DNA from: Pseudobdellovibrionaceae bacterium
GTDB taxonomy: Bacteria > Bdellovibrionota > Bdellovibrionia > Bdellovibrionales > Bdellovibrionaceae
Direction of reading: 5' to 3'
DNA length: 16,093 nt
NCBI GenBank assembly: GCA_044359815.1
Contig: JBIKLL010000064.1
Coordinates: forward strand, 1 to 16,093
Below are positions 10,003-16,093 of this stretch, piece after piece. The number at the start of each line of letters is the position of its first letter. The stretch's first letter is position 1. A program made the translations under genes and the position numbers. Below the pieces are notes generated by a model, which saw only the letters and a program-made list of their open reading frames with translations, did no database searches and was not told the origin of the DNA.

Positions 10003-10434
10003 GTGAAATCAATTTTGATTCTGTTAGTTGTATCCCTGTCAGTGTCCAGTTGGGCCGACAAGCGAGACCTGTCAGAAGCTGGTGCTGCACAAATCCAGTT
10101 TGCCAGAAATTGCTTAAACTACTCGATTCAAAAGCTTGAAAGCTCTGTGTTTTCTGTCAAAAAAACCTCTGCCGTATCACAGGTCATCGAATGGACCAAA
10201 ATTGATTTATCCAAAGACACCGTATCCTACATGTACAACTATGGCTCACGCAGCGTGACTGTGGTTTTTGATTTTAATGTTTACACCGAAGCTCAAGATC
10301 TGGTGATTTCAATCGAACCTCACCAAAGGTATTGGAAAACATCACTTAAAAAATTCTCTAGAGCTTACGGAAGTGTGATCTTAGAACCCATGAAATGCGA
10401 ATCCAATCGAGCCGTTATTTGGACGACTTATTAA
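10003..10434 (+). CDS. Hypothetical secreted protein (143 aa)
   Basis: GGAGG SD before GTG 10003; signal peptide MKSILILLVVSLSVSSWA; two Cys. Confidence 0.75.
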   Translation: MKSILILLVVSLSVSSWADKRDLSEAGAAQIQFARNCLNYSIQKLESSVFSVKKTSAVSQVIEWTKIDLSKDTVSYMYNYGSRSVTVVFDFNVYTEAQDLVISIEPHQRYWKTSLKKFSRAYGSVILEPMKCESNRAVIWTTY

Positions 10435-10469
10435 ATTTGAAAAATCAACTCAACGTACGGGAGCCTAAA

Positions 10470-10922
10470 ATGAAAAAAGAAATTTTGTACATCACAATCA
10501 GCCTTGTGACTTTGTTTGCTTTCAGATCCTTTGCTGAACAGACTACAGGGGAAAACGCAAAAGCCATTGTGACGGCTCTTAGATTAACAGGCCTTCCTGT
10601 AAACACCATCCACAGCGTTCCCCGCCAATCAACTAACCTTTCATGCACTGTATCTTGGAATGGAGCTTTAGAAATCACTCATCCTGATTTTCTGATACCC
10701 GGTTACCATTGCCAGGCAAACACTCGAAAAATTATTGGTGCCCAAGCAAAAATCCTATTTGATGCCCTGTCAGCAGCCATTGGCTCTGATACAGCCATGG
10801 GTAAATCCACTGTTAGTGTTCAATTCTTGAATTGCAGCGTGGACATCACAAAATTAGAAACCTCTGCCAGGTTTTATTGCTCTTACAGCCAAGCCATTGA
10901 CCAAGGTCTTGGGCTTGAATAG
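10470..10922 (+). CDS. Hypothetical secreted protein with two internal repeats (150 aa)
   Basis: GGGAG SD before ATG 10470; signal peptide ending RSFA; two copies of GxxAKxxxxAL...LxCxV...(Y/F)xC. Confidence 0.8.
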   Translation: MKKEILYITISLVTLFAFRSFAEQTTGENAKAIVTALRLTGLPVNTIHSVPRQSTNLSCTVSWNGALEITHPDFLIPGYHCQANTRKIIGAQAKILFDALSAAIGSDTAMGKSTVSVQFLNCSVDITKLETSARFYCSYSQAIDQGLGLE

Positions 10923-11081
10923 CTAAGTCTGGCGTACAGCAGTCTTCGTTAATATTTGCTACTTTCATTGACACATAATTAGTTAAATTGTCGAACTCAC
11001 GACGTTTTTGCAGGGTCAGGGATTGCCTATTTTTTAATTTGCATCGATCATATGAATGTCACAAAAAACACGGAGGTTTGT

Positions 11082-11885
11082 ATGACAAAAATTATTTTTG
11101 CCTTTTTATTGATGGCTTCTACTGCCATGGCGACCGGAAAAATTGAAGTCAAAGTTAAATCCACAGCTGTGGGCGTTCACTTTACACTGAATTTCCCTAA
11201 GGACTTTATTCAATCAAGAATCCCTCAGGGATTAACCTTGGATCCAAAACTGTTCAGACCTGATGGCACCTACCCTGTGCAGGTATTTTTTGGTGGACAA
11301 ATGCGCTACAGAGCGGGTCTGAGCATTGGTGGCGGTTTGCAAATTGAAGGATTGTTTTCAGGGGACGTGTTTACGGTCAGAACTATCGGTGTCGACAGCA
11401 AGCCCTATGATTTTGTATTACAGGCAGATGTAGGAAACGAAAAAATCCACGAATTTGAAAAATTCTTTTTGGGCTGGGACAAAAACATGGTTTTTGCTGA
11501 TTGGGACAACACAGATTACACAGCTGGTGAATTGGATTTGACCCGATTGTACCGTGGCGAATTTGAATCCCTGAAATCCTATGACAAAAATGCTTTCAGA
11601 GCTCATCTGAGATTTTTCAGAGATGAATCCAAGACCCCAATCATCCTGGCGAAAAATAACGGAAAATTTGCCTGCTTTAACCAAGAATGGATGTGGGGCG
11701 AACTGGACAACAGATACCGACCTATCAATGCTAAAATCATGATTTCAAAAGCGGCATTTGGTGGCGTTATGGAAGGCACACACATGGTTCCGTCATTTGA
11801 TAAGACTCCGTATGGAGCCTTGAAATTGGTGATGCAATGGAAGATGCGCGACAGCCACGAATGCAACCCTGTCCCTGCAAAGTAG
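11082..11885 (+). CDS. Hypothetical secreted protein, possibly acetoacetate decarboxylase-like superfamily (267 aa)
   Basis: GGAGG SD before ATG 11082; signal peptide MTKIIFAFLLMASTAMA. FIQSRIPQGLTL and FLGWDK resemble the ADC-like LPxGL and GxPK motifs (compared by eye). Confidence 0.75.
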   Translation: MTKIIFAFLLMASTAMATGKIEVKVKSTAVGVHFTLNFPKDFIQSRIPQGLTLDPKLFRPDGTYPVQVFFGGQMRYRAGLSIGGGLQIEGLFSGDVFTVRTIGVDSKPYDFVLQADVGNEKIHEFEKFFLGWDKNMVFADWDNTDYTAGELDLTRLYRGEFESLKSYDKNAFRAHLRFFRDESKTPIILAKNNGKFACFNQEWMWGELDNRYRPINAKIMISKAAFGGVMEGTHMVPSFDKTPYGALKLVMQWKMRDSHECNPVPAK

Positions 11886-11891
11886 TCTAAG

Positions 11892-11927
11892 GCAGATACT
11901 CAGTCCTGAGTGTCTGCGTTTAATTTT
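11892..11927 (+). terminator. Intrinsic terminator after the 11082-11885 gene
   Basis: Stem GCAGATACTCA / TGAGTGTCTGC (one G-U pair), loop GTCC, followed by GTTTAATTTT. Begins 6 nt after the stop codon. Confidence 0.7.
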
Positions 11928-12087
11928 AAATTTGAAAATGTAAATCTGTGGTTTTATTTAATAAGGCCACAGCTCTTTATTTCGTATCGCCACTTAAGTT
12001 GCTCGGGCCAAGCCCCCGCCTCCGCAGAGGACCTTATTAAATAAAACCACAGATTTAAATTTTCAAATTTAAAATTAAACGCAGACA
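11911..12087. repeat. Long inverted repeat (56-bp arms, 65-bp spacer); MITE/REPIN-like or structured RNA
   Basis: 11911-11966 is the reverse complement of 12032-12087 except for one mismatch (11940 G vs 12058 A). Read directly from the sequence. Confidence 0.95.
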
Positions 12088-12108
12088 ACTGGGCCAGTTA
12101 CTAATGGA

Positions 12109-12669
12109 TTAATCCAAAACCAATTGCGGGATTTTAGCGCTGGCTTGCGCTTGGTATGAGCCATCAGAAATGCAGGCTACCAAGATGTCACGGTAATCCT
12201 TGGGGCCGACTACGGCTTGCTCTACCCTTGAATACAATCCCTTAAAGCCCTTGGCACATTTTGCTTGAACGACTTTAGCTTTAATTGTTTTTTCATGGGT
12301 TGGCAGAACGCAATTGGAACTCACTACCTGACAGGTCACAGTCGGACTGCTCGGTCTGGAGGCAAACTTATTGTCCACGGGTTTAGTTTCATTGCAAGTG
12401 ACCTTGGATTTTGGATCGACCTGGCAGCTAAAGACATTCATTTTATTTTGTTTATCAAAGTAAATTTTTGACGAGAAATTTTTCTTGGCATCCAGTGCGC
12501 AAATCCGTTTGTCTGAATTAAAACAAGGTATACGAAATGTTTTATGGGTCACGTCGGTGGATTCTGCGATTTCGGCTTTTAACGAGGGCGCTGGGCTGCT
12601 GACAGTTTTGTTAAGCTCTGAGGCATTCCCGATGGCTGTTAACATTAAAATAGAAATTATAAATCGCAT
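12109..12669 (-). CDS. Hypothetical secreted protein with 8 Cys (186 aa)
   Basis: GGGGG SD before ATG 12669; signal-like MRFIISILMLTAIGNA; two groups of four Cys separated by RPSSPT. Confidence 0.75.
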   Translation of the reverse strand: MRFIISILMLTAIGNASELNKTVSSPAPSLKAEIAESTDVTHKTFRIPCFNSDKRICALDAKKNFSSKIYFDKQNKMNVFSCQVDPKSKVTCNETKPVDNKFASRPSSPTVTCQVVSSNCVLPTHEKTIKAKVVQAKCAKGFKGLYSRVEQAVVGPKDYRDILVACISDGSYQAQASAKIPQLVLD

Positions 12670-12707
12670 GGATCCCCCTAATTGCATGTTGCAACAATCA
12701 CTAGCGT

Positions 12708-12723
12708 TGCGATTCCAGTGCCA
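12708..12723 (-). promoter_or_regulatory. Sigma54 (-24/-12)-like promoter for the 12669 gene
   Basis: Minus strand TGGCACTGGAATCGCA against the consensus TGGCACG-N4-TTGCW. GG-N10-GC spacing is exact; about 40 nt upstream of the ATG. Confidence 0.55.
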
Positions 12724-13016
12724 CAGCCAACTGCAAATAGCTAAAGGGATACCGTTTTGGGACAGCCCAGTGTCTTCTAATAATGAGACACTTGTTTAAG
12801 TGTTCGACATGGGTTTTTGCGTGAATCCTGTTTTCAACTTCTCGTTGAACAGCAATGCGTTTTAAAAAACAAAGGGGATCAGGATGGGCCTTTAGAATTC
12901 ATTTCTTTGTCTCATTTAGAGACGATGGTTCGATTTAAAACGTCAAAGTGCAATAACACTTTCTTTAATTTGATCACCTGTCAGGACCTCTAATTTACTT
13001 GTGCAAGTTTTAACGC

Positions 13017-13032
13017 CGGCATGCCGATTGCT
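13017..13032 (+). promoter_or_regulatory. Sigma54 (-24/-12)-like promoter for the 13060 gene
   Basis: CGGCATGCCGATTGCT matches YGGCAYG-N4-TTGCW. Lies 27 nt upstream of the ATG, with a GGAGG SD in between. Confidence 0.6.
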
Positions 13033-13059
13033 CTGTATTAAGGTGTGTTGGGAGGACTT

Positions 13060-13818
13060 ATGAAGTCTGGGACGTATCAAAAAGCGACGGTATTTTTAAC
13101 GTGGATAATGATGGTGGTGTTATTTCAAAATTGTAATACACCTTTTATCAATGGAGATGGGTCTCTATTTACAGATAGTTCAGCGAATTCCGAAAATTTA
13201 TCTGCACCTGAAGGATATTACGCAGTGGCATTCAACAGCGAACGTATATATACGGCCGATTTGGATGCAAATGGCTTCGTGATTGCCTGTTATATTAACG
13301 GAGTCAAAATCGACATTGATCACGAGGATTTTATAGAATGTATGTCTGGTTATACAGCAACTACTCCTGAACCCCCAACCGGTGGCGGATCTACTGGCGG
13401 TACGACTGGCGGAACCTTAGGTGGTGGCTCTACTGGTGGCGTTGACGGCGGAACTGTCGGTGGCACTGTAGGTGGCGGATCTACTGGTGGTACGACCGGT
13501 GGAACAGTCGGTGGCGGATCTACTGGCGGTACGACTGGCGGAACCGTAGGTGGTGGCACTACTGGTGGCGTTGATGGCGGAACAGTCGGTGGCGGATCTA
13601 CTGGTGGCGTTGACGGTGGAACCGTAGGCGGCACAGTTGGTGGTGGCACTACTGGTGGCGCTGACGGCGGAACTGTCGGTGGAACTACTGGTGGAACTAC
13701 TGGCGGCACCCCAACAGTGGGCGGCAGAACAAGATCCGGCGGATATTGTACAACCACTGGATTATGCTGCATCAAAGTCGGTGGCGTGAGCATGTGTTCA
13801 AATCTTGAGGCTTACTAA
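13060..13818 (+). CDS. Putative lipoprotein with a Gly/Thr-rich repeat region and a Cys-rich C-terminus (252 aa)
   Basis: GGAGG SD before ATG 13060; hydrophobic signal ending in a LFQNC lipobox-like motif; GGGSTGGTTGGTV-type repeats; C-terminal YCTTTGLCCIKVGGVSMCS; strong terminator downstream. Confidence 0.85.
   Translation: MKSGTYQKATVFLTWIMMVVLFQNCNTPFINGDGSLFTDSSANSENLSAPEGYYAVAFNSERIYTADLDANGFVIACYINGVKIDIDHEDFIECMSGYTATTPEPPTGGGSTGGTTGGTLGGGSTGGVDGGTVGGTVGGGSTGGTTGGTVGGGSTGGTTGGTVGGGTTGGVDGGTVGGGSTGGVDGGTVGGTVGGGTTGGADGGTVGGTTGGTTGGTPTVGGRTRSGGYCTTTGLCCIKVGGVSMCSNLEAY
13381..13707 (+). repeat. Intragenic tandem repeat with a 39-bp (13-aa) unit built from 12-bp XXGG subunits
   Basis: Seven units of GGG(S/T)TGG(TT/VD/AD)GGT(V/L), two extra GGTV and a terminal GGTTGGTTGG. 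Units differ at synonymous third positions. Confidence 0.92.
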
Positions 13819-13841
13819 GAACTAAAAAACCAATAAATCTC

Positions 13842-13873
13842 AAAAGCGGAATCACAAGATTCCGCTTTTTTTT
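13842..13873. terminator. Bidirectional intrinsic terminator
   Basis: Perfect stem AAAAGCGGAATC-ACAA-GATTCCGCTTTT, with a T8 tract on the plus strand and T4 on the minus strand, between convergent genes. Confidence 0.9.
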
Positions 13874-13967
13874 ACCTATTTTATATTTGTAATCTTACTT
13901 AATAGTTCGAAACACCATTTCGCGAAGACCTAAGCTCTTGCGAGTAAGGCAAACAAAAATGCTGGAT

Positions 13968-14327
13968 TTATTTTAAGCTGCAGTTAATGCGGTAACCGTT
14001 TGAGTTTAAGTCTAGGACCGAAGTGTCTCCGCCCGAAGTTTTAACACCTGATGAAGCCAATGGGATCCAAGTCTCTGCGCCATCAACATTTTTTAGATCT
14101 AAAATCTGCATGGATACAAGGTCAGAATTAACACGGACAACTGCTGTTCTGGATGCACTCAATGCCATGTTGACCACAGGTTCAGGGCTAACATCGACTT
14201 TTGACTTCAGAAATTTGCCATTTACGGAAGCGGCGCAATCCAGGATGTAGTGTTTTGTTAAAACGATATTTTTCGAAAAAGCCGTTGTCGAAAACGCTAA
14301 AATCAAACCCGAAATAATGAACTTCAT
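13968..14327 (-). CDS. Hypothetical small secreted protein (119 aa)
   Basis: GGAGG SD before ATG 14327; signal peptide MKFIISGLILAFSTTAFS; one Cys near each end of the mature chain. Confidence 0.8.
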   Translation of the reverse strand: MKFIISGLILAFSTTAFSKNIVLTKHYILDCAASVNGKFLKSKVDVSPEPVVNMALSASRTAVVRVNSDLVSMQILDLKNVDGAETWIPLASSGVKTSGGDTSVLDLNSNGYRINCSLK

Positions 14328-14433
14328 ATTTCCTCCGTGTTTATACACCTGGGCATCTTACCTCAGGTTTCAAAAAAAATCGTCTGTAGGTAATCTGCAT
14401 TGCCTGTTCTTTCAAATGCAGTGACAACTTTTG

Positions 14434-15240
14434 TTAGACTGGCGGTTGGGTATTTAAAATAACCTGATCTGGGCTTTCTGTCTGGATGACTTTTTTGTAG
14501 ATTAAATAATGAACGGCTGACAGAAATGGCCCAATGACTGCTGAAATCCCTTTAGCACACAACGGCCCAACTGCACTCAACACCTTCATATTTTGCTGAT
14601 CTAATTCAAAGCTCGTGCTGGCATAACCAATCAAAACAAATATTGCACAAAGGACAATCGACAGCGACAGCAGGATGTGAGCATTTTTGAAATAGGCTTT
14701 AAAAGACAAAACCAAGGATTTTTTAAAACCCAAATTTTGAAACAGCATGACCTTTTCCAATATCGACAGCGGGATCAAAACAATGGCCAAAAGCAATCCT
14801 ATAAATGCCCCTGATAATATCGTCAGGCTAAACGCACTGGTCGGATTCAAAGTAAGCTCAGAGCTTCCGACAGAGTACAAAAGCATTGCAATCCCCATCC
14901 CCATACCCATGGACAAAACAACTGTGGCAGCAAAAGTAATCAAATAGGTAGAAGTCATTTTTTTAAGTAAACTACCATTTTGGTAGCACACAAACAAATC
15001 GGCAATAGAGGGCTGTTTTGATTTTAAAACCAGTGCTTGAGTTACGGCAGCGATTCCCACCCCCAAAGGCATCAACAAGATCATTGCAACAAAACTCATA
15101 GTGGGATTTCGTTCATAAAAAGACATTGTTGCGACACCAATGACTGAGGCTGCAAAGTAGACGTAATAATTGTCACGAGCCAATGCAAAAGACTCTTTAA
15201 GAACGCCAAAAAATTCTTTGAAAGTTATTTTTTTAATCAT
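14434..15240 (-). CDS. Polytopic membrane protein (DUF975/BPSS1780/YciC-like)
   Basis: About six hydrophobic segments. LKESFAL, SIADLF and KKSLVLSFKA patterns are typical of these families. Start is ATG 15240 or TTG 15270. Confidence 0.65.
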   Translation of the reverse strand: MIKKITFKEFFGVLKESFALARDNYYVYFAASVIGVATMSFYERNPTMSFVAMILLMPLGVGIAAVTQALVLKSKQPSIADLFVCYQNGSLLKKMTSTYLITFAATVVLSMGMGMGIAMLLYSVGSSELTLNPTSAFSLTILSGAFIGLLLAIVLIPLSILEKVMLFQNLGFKKSLVLSFKAYFKNAHILLSLSIVLCAIFVLIGYASTSFELDQQNMKVLSAVGPLCAKGISAVIGPFLSAVHYLIYKKVIQTESPDQVILNTQPPV

Positions 15241-15323
15241 AGTCGGCAAGTCTATTGCCTTTTTAATCAAACCGAAACTGTCAGGATTCTAACACCCAGA
15301 TTTTACAACCAACACACTATCCA

Positions 15324-16093
15324 TCATAATCTGGGTCTTAATTTTGAATACGGATCGTAACTTTCCCCGGGATAGGGACAGAATGTTGGGCATTGATCCT
15401 TCGCTAGTTCTGTCATTTCAGAAAAATGCAAAACCCCTGTTTTGGGATGGGGATGCACACTGTTTTTTACCATGGCTTTGGCGATCATTTGGGTGGTGAT
15501 GGATCTGAAATTTTTTGGCAATATTCCATCAAATATGGGTAACACAATTTCTAAAACCTTTGGTGTGTGCAATGATCCCCTAATCATAGCTGGTCTGTAG
15601 ATGTTCACAACCGCTGGCCCTACTGATTTAACGGCTTCTTCGGCCTCGCCCTTGACCCGAGCATACCTGGGCATACCGGCAGCCCCACTGCCGTTAGGAC
15701 TGGCATTGGGATTGGCTCCTACAGCCGACATAAATTCAAATGATTTAACCTGATCGCTTGATTTCAACCCCTGAGCAAAAGCTTTGTTAAGCAACACATC
15801 AATCGCGCGATGTTGATCAATCGTAAGTGCAGCGGTCTTGGCGCCCACACCAAGGGCACTGAAACCAACAGCCTGAGTGTTTTTATTTTTGATTTGCAAC
15901 AAAACCTCAGAAACTTTTTTGCACAATTGATCGGGCGTAAAATCAGGTAAAACAACTTCAATTATTTTAGAACTTCCAACTCCCACTGGCAGCTGCAAAG
16001 ACTTTCTGACAAACACATATACATTTTCAAATTGAGGCTCATTCAATAATTGTTTTAAAATTTCTTTCCCGACCGAACCCGAAGCCCCTAACA
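15324..16093 (-). CDS. NAD(P)H-binding Rossmann protein, atypical SDR (TIP30/CC3/YraR-like); 5' end lies beyond the window
   Basis: The frame stays open upstream of 16046 to the window edge and reads LGASGSVGKEILKQLL (GxxGxxG). Also SALG, SAVGAN, YARVKGEAEE (YxxxK) and YRP. Confidence 0.85.
   Translation of the reverse strand, partial: LGASGSVGKEILKQLLNEPQFENVYVFVRKSLQLPVGVGSSKIIEVVLPDFTPDQLCKKVSEVLLQIKNKNTQAVGFSALGVGAKTAALTIDQHRAIDVLLNKAFAQGLKSSDQVKSFEFMSAVGANPNASPNGSGAAGMPRYARVKGEAEEAVKSVGPAVVNIYRPAMIRGSLHTPKVLEIVLPIFDGILPKNFRSITTQMIAKAMVKNSVHPHPKTGVLHFSEMTELAKDQCPTFCPYPGESYDPYSKLRPRL

Noticed and set aside
10968..10996. Perfect TTGACA upstream of the 11082 gene
   Set aside because: No credible -10 box at 16-18 nt. 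A nearby GG-N10-GC (AGGGTCAGGGATTGCC) is too degenerate to call sigma54.
11911..12087. Retron msr-msd or integron attC interpretation of the inverted repeat
   Set aside because: No reverse transcriptase or integron integrase in the window, no RYYYAAC...GTTRRRY ends, and no similar site after the other small genes.
12485..12799. 104-aa plus-strand ORF
   Set aside because: Antisense to the 12109-12669 gene and runs across its promoter region, with no SD or motifs.
13381..13707. Possible CRISPR array
   Set aside because: In-frame degenerate coding repeats with no unique spacers and no cas genes.
13350..13793. 147-aa Pro-rich ORF on the minus strand
   Set aside because: Antisense shadow of the Gly repeat. 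The plus-strand gene has the SD, signal, promoter-like box and terminator.
13920..13943. Imperfect hairpin TCGCGAAGA...TCTTGCGA
   Set aside because: Bulged stem without a U-tract; the strong bidirectional terminator at 13842 already serves both genes.

Overview
Bacterial chromosomal window, probably Bdellovibrionota-like. That assignment is an inference from the FQNC lipobox, the hybrid malic enzyme next to fadIJ, and a run of small Cys-containing exported hypotheticals. The left half (1-8387) is housekeeping: a partial nitrobindin-like gene, a ROK kinase and a fadJ/fadI-type beta-oxidation pair on the minus strand, divergent from a maeB-hflX unit. The right half (8411-14327) holds seven consecutive genes for exported proteins of unknown function. 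These include a secreted protein that may have an acetoacetate-decarboxylase-like fold with the Schiff-base Lys retained, a protein made of two tandem Cys-bonded modules, and a lipoprotein with a Gly/Thr repeat stalk and a Cys-rich tip. A membrane protein and a partial TIP30/YraR-like NAD(P)-binding protein follow. The most unusual non-coding feature is a 177-bp fold-back element at 11911-12087 (56-bp inverted arms, one mismatch, 65-bp spacer with hairpins) between convergent genes. There is also a divergent pair of sigma54-like promoters with GTCTC-N5-GAGAC-type palindromes between them. No transposase, integrase, reverse transcriptase, CRISPR array, tRNA or rRNA was recognised, and no complete novel system can be claimed from this window alone.
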